Part shown: in pieces, positions 13,249 through 28,334 of the stretch
Layout of the letters: each line of letters begins with the position of its first letter
Position numbering within the stretch: position 1 is the stretch's first letter
Source of the DNA: Eledone cirrhosa
Lineage: Eukaryota
DNA length: 64,000 nt
Assembly: GCA_964016885.1 (NCBI GenBank)
Contig: OZ024743.1
Location: 41,602,001 to 41,666,000 of the forward strand
Direction of reading: 5' to 3'
The notes under the pieces: model-generated
Databases searched by the model: none
What the model was told of the DNA's origin: nothing
What the model saw: the letters and a program-made list of their open reading frames with translations, nothing else
Translations under genes and position numbers: made by a program

Positions 13249-14591
13249 AAGATACTATTTATATACTATTAATATGTTATTTTGTCTAGGTTCTCTGACA
13301 TTATGCTCTACCGGCTACTTCACTATCTTGAAAGGCTTGTAATGTCTAAGGCAGAAATGACATCAACGGCAATACACAAACGAATAATATATTATATTTA
13401 TCTTGAATTATAACTAGAATTGGTAGATTGTTTTATTTAGTAACCCATATGAAGAATTTGTAGTTGAAATAAAGAAAGCTATTGCGTATTTATCTGAGAG
13501 TTTTAATCAACACCACACAGTGATAACTGACTCAATTACGTTTGCTCACGCTACTTACGTTTCACACCATTCTGAGCCTCCAAAGGGAAATACATTTCAA
13601 TTCAAGGAAACAATTATTATTTTAAAACATATATATTTTAACACTTACTGTACCTAAAACACAAAACAGGCTTCTTCGTGAACATTAATAATATACAATA
13701 TTTCTCATTGACCAATGCATTTTTCCTAGGGTAGACATTTACTTCTAGGAAATATCATACATATTACAAATTTTATTCAATAAAATAACCGGGACAAAGC
13801 CAAGAGGTAAACCTATCGACCAACAGATAACGAGAATATTTCGAACATTCAATAATGTAATCTGACATAAATCATGTCTAATTGATTTGAAGGTTTGACG
13901 TTTGATAATAGGTCTAATCAATCAGAGATGACATGCAACGAGAATTGCATTAACTCTTTCTATGCGTCATCTTAATCATCATCAGATGTTAAAAAGAACA
14001 AAAGGATTGCTACATTTGGGTTGCAACCTAACGGAGAGAGGCTGAGGAGGATTACCTGACGGAAATTGTTAAAAAGGGAACTGAAAATAAAATGGTTAAA
14101 ATTTGAAACTAGTTAAGATAAAAGCACTGATCTGAAGGTGAGGGAAGAATGCTCTAGTGATCTGAGAGGAATCCAAATACGTCATGGCGATGAGTATGAT
14201 GATGAGGTTGATAATGACAGCTAAGACAATGATGATGAGGATGCTGTTGTTAATTAATTCTGCTTTAGCTTTTTAATAGCCCTTCATCAATTATGCCAAC
14301 ACACAGTTGTCTAGTTATAGAGTTAAATTTATTTAGTCAGATGCACGAATATATCTGACACTTTCAACTTTTAACACTTCAATATTATTAATCTCGTCAC
14401 AAATAGGGAAATTTTCTTTATTCTAAAGGTGCAAAGTTCATGACTTCCCCGAGGAAAAACAACTGAGTAAAAACAAATTGATTTCACGGGGAATTAGAGC
14501 TTGCATGAATAATATTATATTTTCTGAACACCAAAATATCCTACACCAGTAGCGCCAGAACATTTCGTCTTTATATAGATTTACTTAAGAG

Positions 14592-14918
<327 letters not shown>

Positions 14919-15606
14919 TCTATTTGGAATTTCTTTTCGCATTTGTTTATATTTCCAGAGAAACATAAACAAATATATATTAGTGATAGGTCTAACCAGG
15001 TCTTCCCGCAAACTATGAGATAATATTACCATTTATAAAATGGCAATGGAATTAATGACAAAGGAAATATGAATTACATGTGCTAATATCTTTGAGCCAG
15101 ATTGAACTGTGTGTCTAGGAAAGATTACTACCAAGCATCTACGAAGCCTGATCGAACTAGAGACCGTTTGACTGCAAAAGCATTTCGTAATAACCCAGCA
15201 CTGGTGCACTTCATTTTATAAAATGAACTTCTCAATTATGATGCACTCGTTAACCATGAATGATATTTACAGTTACGGGAGGTTTTTCTATATTTAGCAG
15301 ACGAGAACACGAAAGAAAATGGCATAATAACTGTAAAGACTTTCTACAGACACAAATAGATTTACAAAGATTTATTGAGTCTAAAAACCTTATCTGGTGT
15401 TGGTTATAGATTTAAAGATTTCCTGTAATGAGAAAATGAGCATAAGTCATCGAAATGTAGACAGTAAAATGTCTTATCAAATTACTCTTCAACAAAGCAT
15501 ACGTATACACTATATATATAATACCCATATACACACAGACATACAGAGACACACAGACAAATACACACACACACACACACATACACACACACACACACAC
15601 ACACAT

Positions 15607-15692
<86 letters not shown>

Positions 15693-15741
15693 TATAAAAA
15701 ATATTAACAAAATGAAGACGTTCACATAATCAAGATATATG

Positions 15742-15801
15742 TTTTATTATATATATTTCGGAGGTACTGTGCTTTTTTCAGTACGTCCTCGTCAGATAAA
15801 A
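15742..15801 (-). ncRNA. Type I hammerhead ribozyme, intact core
   Basis: ttttat CTGACGA ggacgtactg-aaaaaagca-cagtacctcc GAAA TATATA TA ataaaa; 6 bp stem I, minimal palindromic stem III, AUA triplet. Confidence 0.85.
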
Positions 15802-17551
15802 TACATGAATTGATATGACATACCTGAACTCCCTTGATGGTTCAATTCCAGTATTGGCAGTGATTTATTACAACAAATCTCAATATTTATATACCACAAA
15901 TAATAACATGATAAACTTAAATATGATGAAGAAGAAGATGTGGAGCGAGATATAGGTATAACGAGGGAGTGAGTATGAGAAAATGCAAGAAGAAATAAAT
16001 AAAAACATACATACATAAATATTTAAATGCGTAAATATCCGTGTTAGAGAAGAAAAAGAAAGAGAGAGAGATAGATATAAGAGAAGACAGAAGAAAGAAA
16101 AGAAGAGAGAAGAAGGAGAGACAGAGAGAAAAGAGAAAAGGAAAGACGTTACTGCAAAAAGGAAAGAAAGAAAGAAGGGAGAAAGAGACATAATGCGTAA
16201 CCGTTGATTTCAAATATTAAGTCAAATAGAAGCGACCAATTATATACCATAAAATTAATAAAAAAAATGAATTATTTGGAACTTGTCTGGAAAGACATTT
16301 CAAACATTATACAAATTTAGAAAACAATACTGACTAAGAAAGAAAAAAATATTGACTATTATTAATAATTCTTGAAATATTATTATTATCATTATATATG
16401 TTTTGCCTTACCTTAAAACTGGTATATCGTTTTTATAGAGTAAAGTAATTATATGATGTGACTCAGTATCCTAAGTTCGGATTTAGAATGGACATTGTAT
16501 AACTAGAAACTTCTGAATTTGCGGTTTGAAATATCTTTTGGCTTTCAAAGCACTTAGATAATACGAATGATCACATAAGTTGTACGGATTAACTTCCTTT
16601 CTTTATATTCTTCGTAAATAATTTTCGTTCTATCCAAATGGATGAATAATGTATATTTAATATGATTTATACAGTTTAATAATATACGAAAAATCCTTAA
16701 AGGGAAACTACATATATTAAGATGTAGTTACAGAAGTAAACTCGAAATAATATTACTTTTAAGAGTAAATATAACTACTTATTAATCCTGTAAGTAAATG
16801 TCAACTAAAGAATCGAAGTGTTTTTATAATGAAAAAAGAATAATTCAGATCATAATTCTAGATATTGTATAAAATACATATACTGATGCTGATATGCGCA
16901 TAAGTTGTGGTAAATATCCTTATACATACTTTATAGATAAAATATTTTTTAATTTTGTACAAAATATTTAATATATATATTAATTAAACTATGCTTCTGA
17001 TTATTATAGAAAATATTTTTATATGCTTAATTATATGCTTAATTTTGATATAATATATTAGTATAATTAGCTTAAATATAACCAAATAAAAAAGATATTA
17101 AAAAAAAAAGTTCATGGTATTTAATTGGTCGCTTCTATTTGACTTAATATTTGAAAACAACGGTCACGCATCATGTCTCTTTCTTCCTTCTTTCTTTCTT
17201 TCTTTTCTTTCTCTCTCTCCTTCTTCTCTCTTCTCTCTTATCTTCTTTCTTCCCTCTTCTTCTTTCTTCTCATCTATCTCTCACTCTCTCTTTCTTTTTC
17301 TTCTCTAACACGGATATTTACGCATTAAATATTTATGTATGTATGTTTTTATTTATTTCTTCTTGCATTTTCTCATACTCACTCCCTCGTTATACCTATA
17401 TCTCGCTCCACATCTTCTTCTTCATCATATTTAAGTTTATTATGTTATTATTTGTGGTATATAAATATTGAGATTTGTTGTAATAAATCACTGCCAATAC
17501 TGGAATTGAACCATCAAGACAGTTCAGGTATGTCACACATCAATTCATGTA

Positions 17552-17615
17552 TTTTATCTGAGTAGCACGTACTGAAAAAACAACACAGTACCTCCGAAAA
17601 ATATATATAATAAAA
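17552..17615 (+). ncRNA. Decayed hammerhead copy
   Basis: Inverted partner of 15742-15801; core mutated to CTGAGTA. Confidence 0.6.
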
Positions 17616-17756
17616 CATATATTTTGATTATGTGAACGTCTTCATTTATTAATATTTTGAATAATATTAATAACTCTAGAAAAGCTCACTGTAGAATGCT
17701 TTCAATCTATTGTAAAACTATATTCATAGTGTAATCAATGAATCATATTAATCTTT

Positions 17757-17872
<116 letters not shown>

Positions 17873-17912
17873 GCGTGCGTGTGTGTGTCTATAAAATAAT
17901 ATATATATATAA

Positions 17913-18187
17913 ACTAGTATATCGTTTCTTTGTCAGTGTTGAACAAAAGGGCAACGATGGTTGCTTAACATTGTACGGCTTAATTCGGGATGTTTGTTTA
18001 CAAACAAACCGAGCATATAATAAATGTTCGGTAAATCCATACGTACATATATATATATGTGTGCATGTATGTATATATATACATACTTCTGTACGTCTGT
18101 ATACATATATGTATGTACGTGTACATACTTATATTTAAGTAACAGCCGTACTAAGAGTGAGAAATGAAATTTCGTTTCATTTTTTCC

Positions 18188-18192
<5 letters not shown>
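17913..18192 (-). mobile_element. Non-autonomous Helitron
   Basis: Minus-strand 3' end is a subterminal hairpin (atcgtttc-tttg...caaa-gcaacgat) followed by CTAG; several related copies; in (TA)n. Confidence 0.7.
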
Positions 18193-18233
<41 letters not shown>

Positions 18234-18765
18234 TTTTACGTGTGTGTAACATTCCATTTTCTCGGGATTATATATGCATATATATATATATTGCTCCCTC
18301 GTTCTCTCTGTTTCTCTTACTTTCTTTCGTCCCCTCTGTCAGTTAACACTTTCTCTCGACTGACCTCTTCCTCGCACTTCCACTCACTCACTCTCTGTTT
18401 CTACCCTTCCTACTTCCTCCCGTTCGCTAGGAGTCGGATTTTCCTTCTTTCTCACATCTCACTCACAGGTCTGTTTGCTACACGCTCATGAATTCACCCA
18501 GTTTATACTGATCGAATAACCATGTTGCTTGTTTTTCTTCCCATCTTCGGTTAGCTTTGCCTTCGTGTTGTTTACTTGTCTCACTCGCTTTACGCGTTTT
18601 ACTTGTCCGAATAACTTATTTTAGTTATTGCTCGCACCAACGAGAGGTATATGATTTTTAATGCGATGAAATACCTATGATCGTTGGCAAATCACTGATG
18701 AGGGACTAATTTTATAATATATAATCCATGTGCAACCATGCAGGCAGTATTCTTCTCCCCATATT

Positions 18766-18839
<74 letters not shown>

Positions 18840-19314
18840 CCATCGTATTTAAAATTTCTGCTGTCATTGTTTGATATCGTTTTCGACTTCATCTGCTACA
18901 GAGTTCTTGACTATCGATTCCACCCACACTTCAAATTCTATCACCTCTTCCTCCTAGATTACCCTTTCTCCTCTCAATCTCTAAAATACTCATGTCACAT
19001 TTGTTCATTATCTTAACCTAAACTGTCTCTTAATATTTCATTCTTTTAATCCTAATCTCATGTGAGTGCGTTTGTCATTATTTACTAGTTAATCTGCACT
19101 TCACTGCTGAGCAGATATATACGATATTATGTTGCCAAAACCTGAAATAGAGATTTGGCGATGAGAGATAAAGAAAGTGAAAGACATAGAGACTGAGAGA
19201 CAGAGAAAATGAGAGAATTATTCATAATGTTAGTTAGAAACAGACTGTAGTAGAAATTTATATAGCAATTTCATAAATCAGATGTATTATATACACGATG
19301 TGATACACTGTCCC

Positions 19315-19414
19315 TCTACAAGACTAGAAAGCTAGAAATATTTCATTCGAAAGAAATCATCATGAAATCTTTGCTGATAATTTCATTCGAATGAAACAGG
19401 TCTAGTCCTGTCGA
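19315..19414. ncRNA. Palindromic double-hammerhead mini-element, copy A (decayed)
   Basis: Plus arm: ctttg CTGATAA tttc-attc-gaat GAAAC AGG-tctagt-CCT GTC gaaag; degenerate mirror on the minus strand. Confidence 0.65.
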
Positions 19415-19892
19415 AAGCATTTCTGTATTAAACATGATGTTTACACTCTAATAATGTAATGAATATCTAACTTACTCTGGTTTCCCCGATAATTACAACT
19501 CTAACATTCTTCCTTTCTCGCTAAGACTTGAGGTCGATCAGACGCACTTCATCTTTCTTACTCTCTCAAGCCTGTCCCAACGCAAACACTATGTGAACGA
19601 AGATATTTATTTCTCCGTTACAAGTCTCCTATCACCGCGGTAATCTCATTAATTCGTCGAAACTGCTGGAGGTTGAGATCCATTGAATATATTCTAATAT
19701 TTGTGACCTGTTTTATGCAATCTCTTTTCCTCCATCCTATCTTCTCTTCCTTCCTTGGCGCCAACTCACATCGAGCTTCTAATCTCTGTCATCAAAGTAA
19801 TATTTCACCTAACGCCGCTTCGACGGTATTTTGTTGTTCAGACAGCTTCCATACGCCGGGTTTTTCTATTTTCCTGAATATATATATATATA

Positions 19893-19952
19893 TGAGTTAG
19901 GATATAGCTGTCGAAATGGCCTGAGCTCAGCCGTCGGTGTCCTGATTTTTTT

Positions 19953-20020
<68 letters not shown>

Positions 20021-20079
20021 AAAAAAATCAGGACACCGACGGCTGAGCTCAGGCCATTTCGACAGCTAAATCCGAACTC

Positions 20080-20080
<1 letters not shown>
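19893..20080. repeat. Palindrome of a 5'-truncated hammerhead around a (CA)n(TA)n(TG)n centre
   Basis: Arms are near-perfect reverse complements; each reads TGAG...C GAAA TGGC-ctgagctca-GCCGTC ggt. Confidence 0.75.
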
Positions 20081-21065
<985 letters not shown>

Positions 21066-21236
21066 TAAGAATATTTTCGAAACAGCGAGTCGGTTTGAAA
21101 TTATTAGAAATGTAAGCTATAGCCGTATTTGGACTAAAGAAATTAAAGAAATTATGTAGCCTCATAGTGGGGTTAAGAGCCCTCGGAAAAATAGAAAAAG
21201 ATTAATATTGACGTACATCTCAAGAATCTATCTAAC

Positions 21237-21307
<71 letters not shown>

Positions 21308-21744
21308 GGACATCTCAAGGATCTATCTAACAAATTCCACTCGCAAGAAAATGATCAAACCAAGACTAGTATAGAAAACCTTGCCTAAGTTGCCAGACAT
21401 TTGAACTCCATACGAATGTAAGTGGTTGACTGAAATTACTTCTTACGGGTACTATTTGACCGTATTGCATTTCGTTTAGGAATTACACTAAAAATTCCGA
21501 TGACTGCAGAATGACAAGAGGTCTTCACCTTTCGAATGGAAAGTGCACGATGAGAGATGATTCATTTGAATATATTTGGTATTTGATAAGCAGTAAAGTG
21601 AAGCATTTCTATTGGAAAGCTTCAATCCATCATTGTTGATTAGAACAGGTATATTTGTTACAGTGCAATTCTCACAATGATATTTGCTTAAAATTGAATC
21701 TGTTATTTTTATAAATATATATATACATTTATATATATATATAT

Positions 21745-22075
21745 AAGTATGCATGCATGTATACGTACATACATATATGTATACAGACGTACGGTAGTAT
21801 GTATATATATATACATACATGCACACATATATATATGCACGTATCGGTTTAATTCGGGCTGTTTGTTTGTTTACAAACAAACAAAGCGAGCATTATAATA
21901 AATGTTCGGTAAACCGATACGTGCATATATATATGTGTGCATGTATATATATATATACATACTACTGTACGTCTGTATACATATATGTATGTACGTATAC
22001 ATACATACTTACATTTAAGTAAGTGCTGTACCAAGAGTGGGAAATTAAATTTCGTTTCATTCTATTCCATTTATC
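21745..22075 (-). mobile_element. Non-autonomous Helitron copy with a short inverted duplication at its left end
   Basis: Matches 17980-18190; 21755-21845 is inverted relative to 21915-22005. Confidence 0.6.
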
Positions 22076-22224
22076 GTTTTCGGTGTGCCCGGCCGACTGA
22101 ACTCACTCGATATGCAAATTAGGCTGCTCAGCCGATAATATGCATAAGGAAAGTATATACTTTCAGACGTTCAACCATCTGGCAGGAAGGTATACGATGC
22201 TGACGTTAGCTAATAAGCTTGAAA

Positions 22225-22515
22225 CTAGTACATCGTTCCTGTGTCAGTGTTGAACAAAAAGGGGACGTGCCTAAACATTGTACGGAGAATTCGGGCTGCT
22301 TGTTTGTTTATAAATAAACACACCGAGCATTATAATAAATGTTCAGTAAACTGATACATGCATATATATATGTGTGCATGTATTTATATATACACATACT
22401 ACTGTACGTCTGTATACATGTATGTATGTAGGTATACATACATGCACACTTACATTTAAGTAAGTGCCGTACTAAGTGTGAGAAATGAAATTTCGTTTCA
22501 TTCTATTCCATTTAT
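22225..22515 (-). mobile_element. Non-autonomous Helitron
   Basis: CTAG terminus at 22225, same family as 17913-18192. Confidence 0.7.
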
Positions 22516-22633
22516 ATATGTATACATTTATATATATACATATATATATATACATATATATACATATATATACATATATATATACATATACATACATACA
22601 TATATATACATATATATACATATATATATACAT

Positions 22634-22707
<74 letters not shown>

Positions 22708-22714
22708 TAAAATA

Positions 22715-22790
22715 ACAGATTAAAGTTTAAGCAAAGAATCGCTGCTTTCACCCTTAACGGGATCTTCTGAAACTAACAAAGTCAATCTGT
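22715..22790 (-). ncRNA. Hammerhead-like motif with variant core CAGAAGA (also 20228-20303 -, 20884-20959 +, 24852-24927 +)
   Basis: Stem I agttt/aaact plus acagatt/aatctgt; CAGAAGA; stem II ccc-gttaa-ggg; GAA; stem III AGCAG/TTGCT; lies at the pLTR end just before AATAAA. Confidence 0.6.
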
Positions 22791-23699
22791 AAACGCAGAA
22801 GTGGATATTTCAAAAAACGTTGCAACCGGAGGAAGACAGGAAGACGATACTTTGGTTCGTGGTAACGTTCGCTGGCAAAGAACGGGAAAAAACGAATAAT
22901 ACGTCATTAATAGGAGCGGTGAAAAACAATTACGCGCAAAGACAGAACCACGTTTATGGTATAATAGAGGTCGTAGACTAATATTCTCTTAGGTGGTGCA
23001 TAGAGACGTTCTCTGGCAATGAACGAAAAAACGAAGATAATAAGTCAAATGTTGGGCGTGGAGAACAATAGCACGCAAAGACAAAATCACGTAAATGGTA
23101 AGCAGAAGTCGTAGACTAAAATTCTAACTAGGAGACCAAATGAATCTCCGCTACAGAGTAAAGAACAAAGTAAATAAATACAATACAGAAGTAAAGGAAC
23201 AAATAAATACATACACGCAAACAGATACGTACATACACAAGCATACGCAAAACCTTACCATAGGTATACAAAACCACGCACATATAAATATGTGTGTGTG
23301 TGTATGCTTGTGTACAAATAAATAAATAATTATATAAACGTATATAAGTAAATAAATACGTATATAACAAGCGCACACGCATACCTGCATATAAATACAC
23401 GAATGTTCGGAGACGTAAGTCAACTAAAACAAAAAGTACACATATACACACAAACACCATACGTACGAACCTGCATACTCACGCAGACGCAAAACTCCCG
23501 TATACACATAGCCAAACCCTAAATACCAAAATATGTAAAAATGATACGCCATAACAGTCAAATATACGTACGAGAAGGTATACATACCTTCACAAAACAT
23601 ACGGGTAATATATACTTACCTATGCAAATAAGTAAAGGAATAAACAAACATATACTTAGCTCCCACATCAAGACGTAAAATATCCACGTATAGATCGTG

Positions 23700-24725
23700 C
23701 TATCCGTTAGGGTATAACGTGGGGCTGTAATACAGGAAAGTGTTGTGCAATTTATGTTTACAGGCCGAAATTGCCTCAGATATTTTGTTTAAGATGTGGT
23801 CTGTGGCGTAGAGTATTTCCAGGGCCTCAGCGGCGCAGAGGTCACATGGTCTTTTATTTCCGTTATACGATCTAGCCCTAGCTAGGATCTCCCAGTGTAA
23901 CTTATATTGGGTGTGGTTGTCTTTTAGACTCCAGATATAAGCTGAAAGTGACGTCATATTCCTTCTGAGAGGGTAACGAAAAGAATGGGTATGCAAGTAA
24001 AGACGCTGCTTGAAACTATTGGCGGTTAACCCTATGCAGGCCCTACGGGACGTGGGTGTTACAACCTTACATTTGTAGACAATGTTACTAGAGAGGCATT
24101 TCCCGGATAGGGGGCAATCTGCCCGATTCCTACAATTACAGTTAGTACTAACTACAGGGTTGCACGTGTTCCTACGGCTAGGTAGTTTAGCTAAATTTGA
24201 AGCTGTGATGTTATGTGCAAGGTTAGGAGTCGTAGAGTAAGAAATTTTAATAGTATTTCTATTAAAATTTTTTTACTATATTTATGTGTAGGGGGAAAAT
24301 GCTTCGTAATAAGGGAAAGAAAGATATTAGCTAGTGGTGTGGCCACCTCCATATTATATGGTGGGTTAAACCAACAAATGCGACGGGATCTATTTCTTCT
24401 AGGTCTATTTTCGTACTCAGTATATGCTACCTAATTGACAAATCCACTTTGAGCAAGGGCTTCATTGTAATAAGTGGAATGGTCGTTGAAAATACGCTCG
24501 TTGGTGGAAAGACGGGAAAGCCTCAACGAAACGTTTCTTACCAGGTTCTTGGTTATGCTGGCAGGATGGTTGTAATGCTTACTTATGTAATTAAGCGTAT
24601 CATTCGGCTTTCTATACGGGTAATACAACCCATTCAATAAATTGAGGGTAACGTCGAGGTAATTAACGACCGAGAGATTGGCCTCAACCTGTATAGAGAG
24701 GTTGAAGCCTTTAAAGAAGGCTGTG
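23700..24725 (-). pseudogene. PLE RT/GIY-YIG fragment
   Basis: VVNYLDVTLNL, YPYRKPND..YIS..NHP, WFNPPY, CNCRNRADCPLSGKC, WEILARA..Y..CDLC..E, CKHK. Confidence 0.9.
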
Positions 24726-25036
24726 AGTATTATTATGACGTATTATTCGTTTTTTCCCGTTCTTTGCCAGCGAACGTTACCACGAACCAAAGTATCGTCT
24801 TCCTGTCTTCCTCCGGTTGCAACGTTTTTTGAAATATCCAGTTCTGCGTTTACAGATTGACTTTGTTAGTTTCAGAAGATCCCGTTAAGGGTGAAAGCAG
24901 CGATTCTTTGCTTAAACTTTAATCTGTTATTTTAATAAATATTTGCTCTACGGTTCTTATATATTTGATATATATTTTCCCTATCGAGCCCTCTTTGGAT
25001 TTTAGTCTTCAATTTTATTATTATTACTATTATTAT

Positions 25037-25173
<137 letters not shown>

Positions 25174-25339
25174 CATATACATATATATACATATAAATAC
25201 GCTCATATATATATATATATATATAAATATATATATATGTATAAATATATATACACACACACATATATATATTAATATTATATTTTGAGTCTCAGTCATT
25301 GATGTTATTTAACTGGAAAGTTTGTTGAAATGAATATCA

Positions 25340-25600
25340 AACCGCTACCTGCAGCCTCGGATATTCAGGACGTATCGGAGTGTAATTGCTGTTCCCAACA
25401 ATGTCTTTTGAAGTGTTCCAAAAAGCGGAGCTGGACTAATTTATTTAACCATCCTTGGAAACTCTTTGAAATAGTACCTAGTGCACCTATGACAATCGGG
25501 ACGACTCTGACTTCATGGCATTTCCAAATCCTTTTTACATCCAACTTTAAGTCCTGGAATCGGTTAATTTTCCTCCTCTCCTTTTCTTGCACTCTTAGCA
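25340..25600 (-). pseudogene. 3' fragment of an RLE-type (R4/R2-like) non-LTR retrotransposon
   Basis: EKERRKINRFQDLKLDVKRIWK..VRVVPIVIGALGTI resembles the C-terminus of restriction-like endonuclease LINEs. Confidence 0.8.
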
Positions 25601-25825
25601 TAAAAGAGCTATGGAAATATTTCAAAGACAATATCTAAATAAACCCTATTTCGACATCTTAAGGAAATGTATTCATCCAATGAATTGTTTTCTGTAATTT
25701 TACAATGTATGAGCTAGTCTGTATATTTATATATTTACTTCAAAGATTCTCTTTATCTTTTCTCCAGTCGTTTTAAAAATATTCTATCATTATATTACTC
25801 ATTTTACAGTAAAATGAGTAATATA

Positions 25826-26030
25826 ATTGTTTCTACTTTTGGCACCAGGCCAGCAATCACCCAGTGCATTACTGGTACTTTATTTTATAAACCCCGTAAG
25901 GATGAAACCCATTCTGAGTTCAAATCCCGCCGAGGTTAAGTTTGCCTTTCATCCTTACGAGGTCGATAAAATAAAGTACCAGTAATGCACTGGATAATTG
26001 CTGGCCTTGTGCAAACAGTAGAACCAACTA
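25826..26030. mobile_element. Two partial family A SINEs fused as a fold-back
   Basis: 25826-25907 is the reverse complement of ~25947-26030. Confidence 0.85.
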
Positions 26031-26727
26031 TATTACTCATTTTACTCTTTCTTTATATAGCATATATCAACTATACCTTTACCGGCTTAATTCATTTGAC
26101 AATGGTCACGATAGAACACAGGTTTGATGTCGTTTAGGCAATCATATCGACTTCAGAATGGATTTCTCATGAGTTTGTATGCATTTGTTTTCAAATATAC
26201 ATATATATATATATATATGCATGTATTGCTTAGAAAACGTAAGCGAAACACAAAACTAGGAAAATCCACACTCTGCGGCTATTTGCTGTGGGTCACTGAT
26301 ATTTCGACGAATTAATGACAGTACATCTGACCACTGTGCGTTAATAACTAAGAGGAACAGTTATTAAGGAAGAAAAAAAACAAAAAAAAAACAGAGATGA
26401 TAGTGGAGAGAACGACAGAAAAAGAAAAGAAATTAGATAAAACAAAACAAAACATACCAATAGAGAGGGGCAAAGTCGAGACAGATGTACATATAAGTTT
26501 CAGTAACCAATGGGTGAGAGGGAGAAATAAAAAAGGAGAACGAACGTAAGCACCGAATCCGTATTAACGGCACGAGAGAGATGTAAGTGAAAAATAACTG
26601 ATCTTAGCGATAACAGGTGCAAAGAGGGAGGCACAAAGGTAAACGGAAAAGCGAGGGGGGAGTGGTAAGGGAGTAGAGAGAGGAGGAGAAAGGAGATATA
26701 TAGTAAGAGAGAAAGAGAATGAGTGGG

Positions 26728-26864
<137 letters not shown>

Positions 26865-27857
26865 TGTTAGTGAGGAAATCAGATGCATAACTGTCCTGAA
26901 AATATATATCAAACAATAAACAATTAGGAGATAATAGACAGAAGTATACCTATTTTTTCTGGAAAATCCCGACTGCAGTTTCGCCGAGCGGTTTTCAACT
27001 GCTGCTTTATAAAAATGCATCATCGTCTTGAGGTTAATACAGCTTATCAAGAGACCACTCAAGAAAACCGATTGTTTCCTTGACGCGTTTATAGCAAGTG
27101 AAAAATATCTCTAGAGGCGGAGGAAGTAATTAACGGGTTATTCAATGGTAAAAAAATGACTTTTTTTTTGTAGTAAGCGAGAATATTTCGGGAGAAATTA
27201 TCACATGATACACTGGTCACAGACGGGTAGTAAGATGGAAAAAGAGTGAATAACGCATTTGATAGAAAAAGCATTTCGTAGACTCCTGTGTAAACTCGAC
27301 CATAGGGGAGGTTGGGACAATATAATAATGAAATACACACACATATTCATATGTATATGTGTATCTGTGGTGTCCACCTTAACAAGTTTTAATCCAATAA
27401 TTAGTGCTACTTATCAAATTAAAAATTAAAGGAAATAATCGACAAAAACATACCTATTTTTACTTCAAAGTCCTGACTGCAGTTTCAGCAATTTGTGTGC
27501 GACCTGGTAAATTATAAAAATGCATCAAGATTGTCAAGCTAATGCGGCATGTATATATATATATATATATATGTATAAGGTTTCTGACTCATAAGTGGTT
27601 ATCAAGACTACATATCACTACGCTTTTGCTGAAGCTATCGAACCGGTATTCATATAAAATTCCAATTATGTTAATGAGCTGCTAAAAATAATTTGTGTAC
27701 AGAGCGGTCGCAGGCCCACCATCAATTAAAAATTTGTATTGGTGGTGGGAAATGACGATAACACAGGAAAGGTCTTCAAAATAATTTTAAATAAACATAC
27801 AGTATATTGTTAAATATACAATACGCACATTTATTTGTGTATCACAATTTCAGAACA

Positions 27858-27894
<37 letters not shown>

Positions 27895-28241
27895 CAATCG
27901 TTGATGCGTCTCGAAAGCAACTGGTTCTCGAATGTGTCAATTTATATATTTGCTTACGTTCTGTTTGTGTGTATGAAGATCTGTTAGTTTGGTAGTTATT
28001 GAGAAACATATTCAGCTGCGAAATTAGGAGATGAATATTTCTAATGCAGTTATTCCATCTGTGAACCACCGCTATATAAAATGGAGAAGAGCGAGTTTGT
28101 CTTGCATTTAATTTTAAATTATTTTATTTCATTTAACACATTGTCCATAGACGCTTGGCAGTTACTTGAATGTTACACATGAAATGTTGCCTCTCTCATA
28201 AAGTGCGGCATAATGACAACGCAATAAAAAAGATATATATA

Positions 28242-28334
<93 letters not shown>

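Larger units (their letters stand above)
15696..17659. mobile_element. Decayed PLE derivative: two inverted HHR-bearing pLTRs around an AT-rich spacer
   Basis: ~550 bp inverted repeats 15696-16250 and 17114-17659, each with an HHR motif near the outer end; (TA)n flanks. The spacer has weak minus-strand similarity to the PLE CPSKSE motif near 16460-16500. Confidence 0.75.
22705..25020 (-). mobile_element. Penelope-like element copy 2, 5'-truncated, with inverted 5' pLTR piece
   Basis: Minus-strand RT thumb and GIY-YIG remnants, 3' pLTR 22705-23690, inverted pLTR piece 24730-25020, (TA)n on both sides. Confidence 0.9.

Noticed and set aside
18694-18750. CTGATGA followed by a weak gga/tcc stem
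   Set aside because: No GAAA core or convincing stems I and III; at most a heavily decayed hammerhead.
26946-27549. Diverged ~100 bp direct repeat (26946-27042 and 27450-27549)
   Set aside because: No termini, ORF or structure; probably remnants of an old repeat.
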